The notes under the pieces are model-generated. The model was not told the DNA's origin. It made no database searches and saw nothing but the letters and a program-made list of their open reading frames with translations. Source: Mustelus asterias (Eukaryota). From it: DNA of 64,000 bases. The stretch lies in NCBI RefSeq assembly GCF_964213995.1, contig NC_135804.1, forward strand, positions 68,572,001 through 68,636,000, written 5' to 3'. Both the position numbers and the translations under genes were made by a program. Of the stretch, positions 1 to 11,766 are shown piece by piece (positions within the stretch are counted from its first letter, which is position 1; every line of letters begins with the position of its first letter).

Positions 1-1480
1 ACACTCCCCCCTGTTGTGCTAACTGGATATGGTGTCTGTTGTGCATACAATCTCAGTTCAGCTATTTCTTGGTGAACAGCCTCCAGTGCTTTTGAAGTGC
101 TGTTTCCCAGGACTGTTAGTCCACAAACAATATGATTCCTATTCTTTGCACTAATCACTCCTGCTGCCCCCCCCCTCCCCCCCCTCCACCCCCAGGGATA
201 AGGCTCCAAGGAACCCATATCCCAGTGAGGATCCCATTGTGCCCAGGGCTTCCCAGTCAGTGCAGAATTCTTTGCTGATAGCCCGAGTTACGGTTCTCCT
301 CCGAATATGCCCCTTCTGAGGGCATGGAACAGTCAGTGGTCCGATTGTTCCTACTGCAAAACGGTTTGGGAGGTTTGGTGTTTCTGTCATGTAAGTACCA
401 TTGAAGAGGAACTCATATCCCTTCTTAGCCCGGTAACATTTAGTGTCTTGATTATGAGTGTGTTCATATTGCCAATTGTTCGGTTTACTTGACTCCCCAT
501 TTGATCCCACCACCTGGTAAGTATCAAATGGGTATGTCCATTTGGCTGAGCTTACGTGAGTTCCATTGCATTGTCCACAAATAAACTGTCTTCCCGCGGT
601 TATATTCAGACATTTCTGTTCATCACAAGTGCAAGTAAACTGTCCCTTATTAACCCGACAATGTTGACAGACACACTGCGTCTGTACGCAGGAATCGTTC
701 TTAGGGACCAAGGCATAGGCACATCCCCATCCCTGCCCCATAAAACAAAGCAGATAGCTTGCAGTATCTGAACAAGATTTTCCTCCCACCTGTTGGAACC
801 TCCTGCACACAGGGTCTGTGGGGTTTACAAGTCCCACACATCTCCCCTGTATACCTCTTTTATATTTGCCAATTTGTCCCTTACAGGGTGCATCTGATGT
901 ATCTACTGTATATAAGTCATGAGGGGTCCACCCAGGGGTGGCTACAAATAGGGCTTCTACCGATTGTGTTAATGGGTAACATACAGTTTGATTCCCGTGT
1001 AAATGTATGTGAGCTTTGTAAAACAAGTTATCCTCCGATCCAGTTAAATTTACAATCGTGACAACGCCAAGTAGTACAGTTACATATGCGATTACCTACA
1101 TATTCGCAACGATCAAATATCAGACCTAACACTATAATTCATGTAATCTTTACAAGTTATATTATCTATTCACCCGTGCACACCAATCGTTCTTGCTTGC
1201 AGTCCTTGCCTATGTTGAGGAAAGCAGTTCTGTCAGTTACATTTAACTACATATCCCCCTTCCATAGAAAGCTTAGTGTGAATTAAATAACACTGGCCTT
1301 TTTTAGCTGCAGCTGGACATCCATTCATTTGTATGAAATCTTTTCAAAAGACATCGCTTTCCCCATTAAAATCACATGCCATACAGCTCCGATCTTTATA
1401 TGATGTACTCTTACATAATCTCGAATTTGATCATTTGTTTGTATGCAAGCGCCGCACCACAGTACTTCATAAAATAATTA
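1..1480 (-). pseudogene. env: Decayed ERV env: Cys-rich SU, polybasic cleavage region and the start of a gamma-type TM subunit; runs off the left edge
   Basis: ORF 151-1026 is Cys-rich and ends ...HIRRRTVTRAISKEFCTDWEALGTMGSSLGYGFLGALSLG. After a frameshifting C-run (167-193) another frame reads AAGVISAKNRNHIVCGLTVLGNSTSKALEAVHQEIAELRLYAQQT, and after a second shift QLAQQGGV (heptad repeat plus immunosuppressive-domain-like segment). The upstream limit near 1480 is approximate. Confidence 0.8.
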
Positions 1481-2280
1481 TGTCTTTATCAATACACAGT
1501 ATATAGTCTATAAATATATCATACAAAGTTGGTTGAGGCTTTTCAGGATTTGAATTTATTCTCGGGTCTATTTGGCAATGCTATACTTTATAATAAAAAT
1601 AATCAAGCGGCAGCTGTATCATACCACTTTACACATTGTAACTGTGATATCCAAACCCCTTTAATTCAAGCCGTTTCCATTTTTAAACTGAGCTCCAGAT
1701 CAAAACCCCCGCACTCTAGGAAAATAACAGGCGCTGAATCAAAATCAAAGTAAGTACAATACATACTAGTTATTTGATTAGAAACGTTTTGGTTTGATTC
1801 TTAACTGGCTAGATTTTAAGCTTTGCAGTGTTTTTATATTTGGCAAACCTTGAACAATACATGGCACATGAAATTCCGACGGCAGTATATAATTTTAACC
1901 GGTTACAGAATACTAAACTATCAGACGTTCGTAAATCGCGATATCCTGCGGACCTTAACAGTGTATTTCACTGACCTGATATATTTTAAACTGACTCATA
2001 GACAATATATTTACCTTATTTTTTGTTCCTGCTTTTCTACCTTTCCACAAAAGTACTTATTTTCTTCTCTTAACTTTTCAACTAACTCTTATAATTTCTA
2101 CTTCAAGACAAAGGAAAGAGCACATGGTTCCTTCCAAGGTTTAAATCCTTTCTTAAATTTCAATTTACTTTCCAATTTTATTTAAACTCTTTATCAAACC
2201 TACTGTTGTAAAATCACAATTAGGGTAAGAACATTAAAACATTAAAGCAAACAAAACATCCACGCAACCACTTTGTTTAA

Positions 2281-2297
2281 ACACACACACACACACA
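2281..2297. repeat. (AC)n microsatellite
   Basis: acacacacacacacaca. Confidence 0.9.
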
Positions 2298-2689
2298 TGG
2301 AAGCTTCCAACAGTCATTCCACAGCACGTCCTTTTTCATTCAAACTGGAATGTAGGTAAAACATTTAAAGAGAATACACAACGTTGATCAAGACAGTCCC
2401 TTTTATTGATCTTTCTTCCAAACTGTAAACCAAAGTAAATTCAAGAAATCTTATCACTTTAATCTTTAACAGTCTTAAAACTTCCTCCAGCCCCCCTGAG
2501 GCTAAATCGAAGTGCAAAGCACTGCACCCACTGCCTGCAACAAACAATCCACAGGAACAAACAGGCTTCAGCTCCTGTTCTCAATCTAATACAACAACAA
2601 CCACCTACATTCGACAAGCTACCAGATCACACAAACACACTGAAATACAGAAACTAAGATCTCTCCTATCCACCTCCAGGTACGCCCAC

Positions 2690-3711
2690 TAGCCCACTCT
2701 ACCAACTCATCATAATCTTGGGACATAATCACTCCCATTTTTAGGATGACCTGGTGAGCGCTGGAGAGTCCATCCTTAAAAGCCTGGATGAACGCTCGAT
2801 CCCCTCAACCTGGGTTCCCTTGTCCTGAGCACGCTGGGTATATCTGGAACAATTGTTCCCCGTATTCAGAAGCTCCTTCCCATTTTAACTGTTTTGTTGT
2901 GGTAATTCTGCTCCAGTTAGTGGGAGCATTCCCTAATACCCACTGAGTCTCTGCTTTAAACTGGGTGAAGGGTGCCCGTTGGGCATCTATCTCCGATGTT
3001 AGGGCGACTGCATGTGTCCACCGTCCTCCATTATAATCCTGTGCTGGAGGAGCGGCGGGTCCACCTGCCCCCACTTATCCGCTGGACAGGCTGCCCTGAC
3101 CAGCTGGTGTATGTCTCTCAGGTGTAATTGGTGTCCTACCCAGATTGTGTCTAATTCTTCCCAGAATTTAGTGTTTGCGCTTCTAGGTTGTAATTTACGC
3201 AGGGAAGCCATTATCTGTTGTCTCTCACCTGGGGCGAAGGGTTGATAAGTTGCCTTTAGTCGCGCATTTGTTCCCCCTCGGGTTACTGTGGCTAAGTTGT
3301 GTTCTGGCACTTCCCACTCCTCTGGGGGAGTGGTTGGTCCCTGCTGTGTGGACTCATAAGGAGGTAGAGGAACAGTTTCCCCTCTCCATTGTTTTTCTTC
3401 TAATACCTGGTTTTGCTTCTCCAGTTCCCTCACTCGGGATTCTAATTCTCTAATCCTTTCTTTATCATCTCTTCACTTCTTAGTAGAGCCGACTACTTGG
3501 TCAATTAGACCAGCTAACTGATGTGTTAACATTACTCCTATCTTCTTTGTCTTGTTTCTCTTTTCTTTATCTATCCACTCTCTCTGCTGCTCTAAGGTGT
3601 GAGAATTATCCCAGCCATCTTTTGCATTCTCTTTATTAACTCTTTCCTGTCTGTCATGTAAATTTCAATGAGGGATCCTGCAGATCCCCTTTTAACTTCA
3701 CTATCTGCCAT
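2690..3711 (-). pseudogene. gag: Decayed ERV gag-like gene
   Basis: ATG at 3711 (MADSEVK...), then a coiled-coil segment (RELEKQNQVLEEK), an LPPY late-domain-like motif and helical capsid-like segments (ORFs 2999-3433 and 2805-3074, then ...FIQAFKDGL...). Broken by stops and frameshifts. Lies downstream of LTR and PBS in the expected position. Confidence 0.6.
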
Positions 3712-4402
3712 TTCGCAGACTTCACTAACCCCGGCCACGATTACTCCCGAGTAAAGTGTGCTCTCTACCGTAGGGACTTCACTACCCCCGGCCACTATTA
3801 CAACTCTAGCACCGTGTTTCACTACCGTTACAGGATTTCAAGTTATACTCACGGCTTCCACTATTACCACCTCGGCAATGTGCTTCTCCACCAGAGTCCG
3901 GTTTAGGTCAGAGTTGATCAAGCTCCTTTTCCGCCCCGCTTTTCACAACATTGACAGTACAGTTCCCAACTTTTCAAACTTTCATGCAATCAGATAGCAA
4001 CTCTGCGTTTGTTTTCCACGACAGAGTTTGATGTTAACCGACCACTGCCACTTGTGCTTCACAATCCTAAGTGCCCTTGGTGTCTCTTGCCACACTTCAA
4101 TCTCCTGACCTTCGCATGGGAGATTCCTCCTCTGAACAACCGGTCTAAGGCAGGGTTTTGAGACAGGCACTACCTTGTCCTCTTTGTCGGTCAGCACAAG
4201 CAACAGTTACTTATCACTATCAGCAGTTAGCACTTATCACTATATCATATACAACAATACTTATTACTACAAATACCCTTTAAGTTTTTAACCCCTTAAG
4301 TTTAACCCATTGAAAACTGTATTCTTGACCTTATCTGACTCTCACAGATTCAGTGGTCTCGACCCTGGCTCCGATCGTGGCCAATCGATCTCACCAGTAA
4401 TA

Positions 4403-4423
4403 GGATCCTAGCCAATTACGCCA
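4403..4423 (-). promoter_or_regulatory. Primer binding site, degenerate tRNA-Ser-like
   Basis: Minus strand TGGCGTAATTGGCTAGGATCC lies 5 nt after the LTR-terminal CA and resembles the complement of the tRNA-Ser 3' end (TGGCGTAGTCGGCAGGATTC, recalled). Confidence 0.65.
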
Positions 4424-4428
4424 ATTAT

Positions 4429-5070
4429 TGTGGGAAAAATGCCACTTTGTGAGTCAGGCTTGAAGGTTTCAATAATACAGTTTTATTTAACGAAGTTTCG
4501 TGGAGAAAAGGCACTGGCACTCCGAAGTGCTTCCAGACAGCTACCTTCTCTCAATGAGACAATAGGAGCAGTCCATCTTTATACCATTTACACAATAGAT
4601 GGAGTGGACATCTAGCCATTTTCACATCGTTGTAATCAAGTAGGTGATCGATCGTTAAACACATCGTTATAGACAAATACGGACAGATACAGACATAAGC
4701 ATGTTAACATCGCATTGTTCTATGAATGGATACATTTCCTACGTCAGTGACTATCAATGGCTTTAGTTTCGGTCTATTCATACAGTAGTTTACAGTAATT
4801 GGTTTTCCTGGAGTTTTGTATTCCCGATTCCACCTGTAGTTAATCTCATTTACTATCCCTATTGTCCTTATCTTTAAGCCCTGGCTGGCTTCCTGTAGGA
4901 TTTGATTCCTGCATGTTTAACTTTGGGTAGCTGTCTGTCCTTTATGTTTTAATCTCAGGTGGCTGTTTGTACTGAAAGTCAGTGTCCGTTTAATGTCTCT
5001 TTCCCAGGTGACTGTTTGTGTGCCAGGCAACCATCTTATGTGTACCCATCTGTATATTTCTCCTCCTTCA
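4429..5070 (-). mobile_element. ERV 5' LTR (about 642 bp)
   Basis: Minus strand starts TGAAGG and ends CCCACA. TATAAA at 4578-4583 and AATAAA at 4482-4487 (minus) are in U3-R-U5 order. PBS abuts the inner end; CR1 sequence resumes abruptly at 5071. Confidence 0.8.
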
Positions 5071-5378
5071 GAGTGGATAATGAGCAGCTGTTCCTCTCAG
5101 TTGAAGAGTCAGTGCCAAGGGGACATAGGTTCAAGGTGAGGGGCAGGAGGTTTAGGGATGCTGTGAGGAATTCTTTTTATCCCAGAGGGTGGCAGAGGTG
5201 GGATGTCTCACATCCTTTGAAAAGTACCTGGATGAACACTGGACATATCATAACATTCAAGGCTATGGGCCAAGTGCTGGTAGATGGGATCAGATGAAAG
5301 TTCAGGTGTTGCCTATGTGTTCGTGCAGACGTGATGGGTGTAATGGCCTCTTTTGCACTGTATGATTCTACAATTCTA
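5071..5378 (+). mobile_element. CR1 LINE 3' fragment (ERV insertion target)
   Basis: RVDNEQLF...RGHRFKVRGRRF is CR1 ORF2 C-terminus, followed by the 3' tail GATGGG...ATGGCCTC...TTCTATGA. Confidence 0.8.
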
Positions 5379-5691
5379 TGATATAACATTGACATACTTG
5401 ATGTGATAGCTAATGCAAGGCACAAACTAACATTGAAAGACTACAATCCAAAACAATGTCCTTGCATAGACAGAGAGACATTTACAAACTTCGGAAACCT
5501 TCGTACTCACTCTGCCTCCGAAATGAAAGTAGCACTCTTCATATGAAAGCCTCAATGATTTTGCTTATGCAACAGTGTGCAACGAGCAGCTGTTAAGTTC
5601 TCCAGCTCCAGTCTTGAAGAATCCAGATGCATCAAATATATCTCCACACTCAACTACTCTAAGTGTTGCCTTTTCCCTCTGAGATTGTAGT

Positions 5692-7323
5692 TGATTTGAT
5701 TTGATTTGATTTATTATTGTCACATGTATTAACATACAGTGAAAAGTACTGTTTCTTGCACGCAAAACAGACAAAACATACCATTCATAGAGAAGGAATC
5801 GAAAGAGTGCAGAATGTAGTATTACAGTCATAACTAGGGTGTAGAGAAAGATCAACTTAATGCAAGGTAAATCCATTCAAGAGTCTGACAGCAGCAGGGA
5901 AGAAGCTGTTTTTGAGTCAGTTCGTACGTGACCTCAGACCTTTGTATCTTTTCCGATGGAAGAAGGTGAAGCAGAGAATGTCCGGGCTGCATGGGGTCCT
6001 TAATTATGCTGGTTGCTTTGCCGAGGCAACAGGAAGTGTAGACAGAGTCAATGGATGGGCGGCTGGTTTGCGTAATGGATTGGGCTACATTTACGACCTT
6101 TTGTAGCTCCTTGCAGTCTTGGGCAGAGCAGGAGCCATACCAAGCTGTGATACAACCAAAAAGAATGCTTTCGATGGTGCACCTGTAAAAGCTGGTGAGA
6201 GTTGTAGCTGACATGCCAAATTTCTTTAGTCTTCTGAGAAAGTAGAGGCATTGGTGGGCTTTCTTAACTATAGTGTTGGCATGGGGGGAACCAGGATAGG
6301 TTGTTGGTAATCTGGACACCTAAAAATCTGAAGTTCTCGACCCTTTCTACTTCATCCCTATTGATGTAGACAGGGGCATGTTCTCCTTTACGCTTCCTGA
6401 AGTCGATGACAATCTCCTTCATTTTGTTGACATTGAGGGAGAGATTATTGTTGCCGCACCAGTACACCAGATTCTCTATCTCATTCCTGTACTCTGTCTC
6501 ATCATTGTTTGAGATCCGACCCACTATGGTGGTGTCATCAGCAAACTTGAAAATCGAATTGGAGGGGAATTTGGCCACACAGTCATAGGTGTATAAGGAG
6601 TATAGTAGGGGGCTGAGAACACAGCCTCATGGAGCACCAATCTTGAGGATGATCGTGGAGGATGTGTTGTTTCCTATCCTTACAGATTGTAGTCTGTGAG
6701 TTAGGAAGTTCAGGATCCATTCACAGAAGGAGGTGCCGAGGCCCAGGCCACGGAGTTTGGACATGTGTATTGTGGGAATAGAAGTTGAAGGCCGAGCTGT
6801 AGTCAATAAATAGGATCTGACATAGGTGTCTTTGTTGTCTAGGTGTTCCAGGGTTGAGTGCAGGGCCAGAGAGATGGCGTCTGCTGTGGACCTGTTGAGG
6901 CGGTAGGCAAACTGTAGTGGATCCAGGTTGTCTGGGAGGCTGGAATTGATTCGTGCCATGACTAGCCTTTTGAAGCACTTCATCATGATGGATGTCAGAG
7001 CCACCAGCCCATAGTCATTAAGGCACACTGCGTGGTTTTGCTTAGGTACTGGGATGACGGTCGTCTTCTTGAAGCAGATAGGGACTTCAGATTGTTGTAA
7101 AGAGAGGTTGAAGATGACGTGAATACCCCTGCCGGCTGATCCGCGCAGGATCAGGTATCCCTTTTGGGCCAGTCGCTTTTTGTGGGTTGACCTTCGAGAA
7201 GGCTGTTTTGATATCTGCAATGATGGCCCCAGATACAGGTTCATCCAGGGCTTCTGGGGGGAGGGCATGCTCTCGCTGACGTCTTGCTCAAAATAGGCAT
7301 AGAATGCATTGAGCTCATCAGTA
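5692..7323 (-). mobile_element. 5'-truncated Rex1/Babar-type LINE, frameshifted
   Basis: RT motifs LDPLQFAYR, FIDYSSAFN, KFADDTT and the C-terminal HQCLYFLRRLKKFG...YRCTIESIL...WYG typical of the Rex1 clade; (ATCAA)n 3' tail. Confidence 0.8.
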
Positions 7324-7469
7324 CGTCCAAGGAGTTCCTTACTGAAGTGCGTCAAGTGCTGATAGCACTTAAGAACATAAGAAACATAAGAAATAGGAGC
7401 AGGAGTAGGCCATCTAGCCCCTCGAGCCTGCCCCGCCATTCAATAAGATCATGGCTGATCTGACGTGGA

Positions 7470-10400
7470 TCAGTACCACTTACCCGCCTGATCCCCATAA
7501 CCCTTAATTCCCTTACCGATCAGGAATCCATCCATCCGCGCTTTAAACATATTCAGCGAGGTAGCCTCCACCACCTCAGTGGGCAGAGAATTCCAGAGAT
7601 TCACCACCCTCTGGGAGAAGAAGTTCCTCCTCAACTCTGTCTTAAACTGACCCCCCTTTATTTTGAGGCTGTGTCCTTTAGTTTTAACTTCCTTACTAAG
7701 TGGAAAGAATCTCTCCGCCTCCACCCTATCCAGCCCCCGCATTATCTTATAAGTCTCCATAAGATCCCCCCTCATCCTTCTAAACTCCAACGAGTACAAA
7801 CCCAATCTCCTCAGCCTCTCCTCATAATCCAAACCCCTCATCTCCGGTATCAACCTGGTGAACCTTCTCTGCACTCCCTCCAATGCCAATATATCCTTCC
7901 TCATATAAGGGGACCAATACTGCACACAGTATTCCAGCTGCGGCCTCACCAATGCCCTGTACACGTGCATCAAGACATCCCTGCATTTATATTCTATCCC
8001 CCTCGCAATATAGGCCAACATCCCATTTGCCTTCTTGATCACCTGTTGTACCTGCAGACTGGGCTTTTGCGTCTCATGCACAAGGACCCCCAGGTCCCTT
8101 TGCACGGTAGCATGTTTTAATTTGTTTCCATTGAGATAGTAATCCCATTTGTTATTATTTCCTCCAAAGTGTATAACCTCGCATTTCTCAACGTTATACT
8201 CCATTTGCCATATCCTCGCCCACTCACTCAGCCTGTCCAAATCTCTCTGCAGATCTTCTCCGTCCTCCACACGATTCACTTTTCCACTTATCTTTGTGTC
8301 GTCTGCAAACTTCGTTACCCTACACTCCGTCCCCTCCTCCAGATCATCTATATAAATGGTAAACAGTTGCGGCCCGAGTACCGATCCCTGCGGCACGCCA
8401 CTAGTTACCTTCCTCCAACCGGAAAAACACCCATTTATTCCGACTCTTTGCTTCCTGTCGGATAGCCAGTCCCCAATCCACTTTAACACACTACCCCCAA
8501 CTCCGTGTGCCCTAATCTTCTTCAGCAGCCTTTTATGGGGCACCTTATCAAACGCCTTTTGGAAATCCAAAAACACCGCATCCACCGGTTCTCCTCCATC
8601 AACCGCCCTAGTCACATCTTCATAAAAATCCAACATGTTCGTCAAGCACGACTTTCCCCTCATGAATCCATGCTGCGTCTGATTGATCGAACCATTTCTA
8701 TCCAGATGCCCTGCTATCTCTTCTTTAATAATGGATTCCAGCATTTTCCCTACTACAGACGTTAAGCTGACCGGCCTATAGTTACCCGCCTTTTGTCTCC
8801 TTCCTTTTTTAAACAGCGGCGTAACATTAGCCGTTTTCCAATCAACCGGCACTACCCCAGAATGCAACGAGTTTTGATAAATAATCACTAACGCATCCAC
8901 TATTACCTCTGACATTTCTTTCAATACCCTGGGATGCATTCCATCTGGACCCGGGGACTTGTCCACCTTCAGTCCCATTAGTCTACCCAGCACTGCCTCT
9001 CTGGTAACATTAATCGTATTAATCATAGAAATCATAGAAATCATAGAAACCCTACAGTGCAGAAGGAGGCCATTCGGCCCATCGAGTCTGCACCGACCAC
9101 AATCCCACCCAGGCCCTACCCCCACATATTTTACCCGCTAATCCCTTAAACCTACACATCCCAGGACTCTAAGGGGCAATTTTCTAACCTGGCCAATCAA
9201 CCTAACCCTCACATCTTTGGACTGTGGGAGGAAACCGGAGCACCCGGAGGAAACCCACGCAGACACGAGGAGAATGTGCAAACTCCACACAGACAGTGAC
9301 CCGAGCCGGGAATCGAACCCGGGACCCTGGAGCTGTGAAGCAGCAGTGCTAACCACTGTGCTACCGTGCCGCCCCGAAGTATTTCTCCTGCTGCCAACCC
9401 TCTATCGTTAATATTTGGCATACTATTTGTGTCCTCCACCGTGAAGACCGACACAAAAAACGTATTTAAAGACTCAGCCATATCCTCATTTCCCACTATT
9501 AACTCCCCCCTCTCGTCCTCCAAGGGTCCAACATTCACTCTAGCCACTCTATTCCTTTTTATATATTTATAAAAACTTTTACTATCATTTTTTATATTAA
9601 TTGCTAGCCTAGCTTCATAGTCTATCCTTCCTTTCTTTATCGCTTTCTTAGTCTCTCTTTGTTGTTTCTTAAATTTTTCCCAATCACTTGTTTCTCCACT
9701 ATTTTTGGCCACTCTGTACGCAGCTGTTTTTATTTTAATACTCTCCTTTATTTCCTTCGTTATCCACGGTTGGTTCTCCCTTTTCTTACAATCCTTGTTT
9801 TTTGCTGGAATATATTTTTGCTGAGAACTGAAAAGGATCTCCTTAAAAATCCTCCACTGTTCCTCAGCTATCCTACCTGCCAGCCTGCTCTCCCAGTCTA
9901 CCTTAGCCAATTCATCCCTCATCCTATCATATTTCCCTCTGTTCAAACAGAGGACACTGGTTTGGGACCAAACTTTCTCCTCTTCCATCTGAATCAGAAA
10001 TTCGACCATATTGTGGTCACTAGACCCAAGAGGGTCCTTCACAATAAGATCCTTAATTCTACCTACCTCGTTACACAATACCAGATCCAAAATAGCTCGT
10101 TCCCTCGTCGGTTCCGTAACATGCTGTTCAAGGAAACTATCCCGACAGCATTCTAAGAACTCTTCCTCCATTCCACCCTTACCGACTTGAGTCTGCCAGT
10201 CAATGTGCATGTTGAAGTCCCCCATGATTATTGCCGTTCCGTTTTTACACGCATCCCTTATCTGCTTGTTTATAGCCCTCCCCACCTCAACATTATTATT
10301 TGGGGGCCTATATACCACACCTACTAGTGTCTTTCTCCCTCTACTATTCCTCATCTCTACCCATAATGATTCCACGTTTTGTTCCTCAGAGCCTATGTCA

Positions 10401-10831
10401 TCCCTCAGTACTACCCTGATATTATCTCTTATTAATAGCGCGACCCCACCACCTTTTCCTTCCTGTCTATTCTTCCTAAACGCCTGATACCCCTGGATAT
10501 TCATCTCCCAGTCCTGGTCACCTTTCAGCCACGTTTCTGTAATGGCCACTAGATCGTACCCACTTGTGCTGATTTGCACCATCAACTCATTCACCTTGTT
10601 CCGAATGCTTCGTGCATTCAGGCAAAGTGTCCTTATTCCAGTTTTTATCTGGACCCGCTTTGATGAGTCGCGAACACCCTCTCCCTCTACTCCCTTATCT
10701 AAATTACCGCCTTCATTCACTTGCACCCTCTCCTCTACAAGTAATTTTGTAATTCCCCTTACCCCTGCATCCTCCCCCCCATCAATTAGTTCCTTGATCC
10801 TAGTCAACTCTTCTAGCTCCCCTCCCCCCAA
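7470..10831 (-). CDS. CR1 ORF2 (APE endonuclease plus reverse transcriptase), split by a SINE at 9021-9376
   Basis: EN motifs LNARS, ITETW, GDFN, SDH; RT motifs DFQKAFDKV, GVPQGSVLGP, FADD. Removing 9021-9376 rejoins ...GEIL|NTINVT... into about 1001 stop-free codons. The annotated start codon is TTG. Confidence 0.9.
9021..9376 (-). mobile_element. HE1-like tRNA-derived V-SINE, full length
   Basis: tRNA-like head with A/B boxes (TAGCACAGTGG; GGTTCGATTCC), V-domain core and CR1-type tail (TTTCTATGA)n. Confidence 0.92.
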
Positions 10832-10836
10832 CCTAT

Positions 10837-11766
10837 CTAGTTTAAATTCTCCCCAGTAGCCTTAGCCAACCTAACGGCCAGGATATTGGTCCCCGTGTGG
10901 TTCAAGTTCCACCCGTTTTTTGTATACAGATCACCCCTGCCCCTAAAGAGGTCCGAATGGTCCAGGAACCTGAATCCCTGCCCCCTGCACCAGTCCCTCA
11001 GCCACACATTCATCCTCCACCTCACTCCATTCCTGCCCTCACCTTCCCGTGGCACAGGCAGTAATCCTGAGATTACTACCTTTGCTTTCCTCTTTCTCAG
11101 CTGTCTCCCTAATTCCCTGTACTCCCTTTTCACGACCCCTTCTCCCTTCCTACCCACATCAGCGGTACCAATATGTACCGCTACCTCAGGCTCCTCTCCC
11201 TCCCACCTCAGGATTTCCGGGACGCGACTAGCGACATCCTGGATCCCGGCCCCAGGGAGGCAGACCACCATGCGAGAATCCCGCCTACCTCCGCAGAAAC
11301 GCCTGTCTGTCCCCTTCACCATCGAGTCCCCGATTAATACCGCCTTCCTCCTCTTTTCCTTAGCCCTCTGAGTTACAGGGCTGGACTCCACTGCAGAGAC
11401 ACGGCCACTGCTGCTTCCCCCAGGCGGGCAGTCCCCCCCAGCAGTACTCAAGCAGGAGTACTTGTTGTGCAGGGGCAAATCCACCGGGGTGCTCTCAACC
11501 ACCCGAGCCTGACCCTTCCTGGCCGTCACCCACTTGGCCTCCTCCCGTGGCCCTGGTGTGACCACCTGATGATAGCTCTTGTCTATCACCTCCTCATTCT
11601 CCCTCATCAGCCTAAGATCCTCGAGCTGTAGTTCCAGCTCCCTAACACGGTCCCTCAGGAACCGCAGCTCGACACACCCCTCACAGATGTGGATGTCCGG
11701 GAGGCAAGATGCCTCCAGGACCTCCCACATCCTACACTGGGAACAACACACTGGTTTCACACTCAT
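10837..11766 (-). CDS. CR1 ORF1 (Zn-finger/leucine zipper plus SGNH esterase-like domain)
   Basis: CxxC...CxxC, a heptad repeat, then VLIGDSMV, LPGA, VHIGT and NLNHTG. Intact frame from ATG 11766. Confidence 0.88.
   Translation of the reverse strand: MSVKPVCCSQCRMWEVLEASCLPDIHICEGCVELRFLRDRVRELELQLEDLRLMRENEEVIDKSYHQVVTPGPREEAKWVTARKGQARVVESTPVDLPLHNKYSCLSTAGGDCPPGGSSSGRVSAVESSPVTQRAKEKRRKAVLIGDSMVKGTDRRFCGGRRDSRMVVCLPGAGIQDVASRVPEILRWEGEEPEVAVHIGTADVGRKGEGVVKREYRELGRQLRKRKAKVVISGLLPVPREGEGRNGVRWRMNVWLRDWCRGQGFRFLDHSDLFRGRGDLYTKNGWNLNHTGTNILAVRLAKATGENLN

Noticed and set aside
9300-9376. tRNA gene (also at the other SINE heads)
   Set aside because: It is the tRNA-derived head of a SINE, continuous with the V-domain and LINE-type tail.
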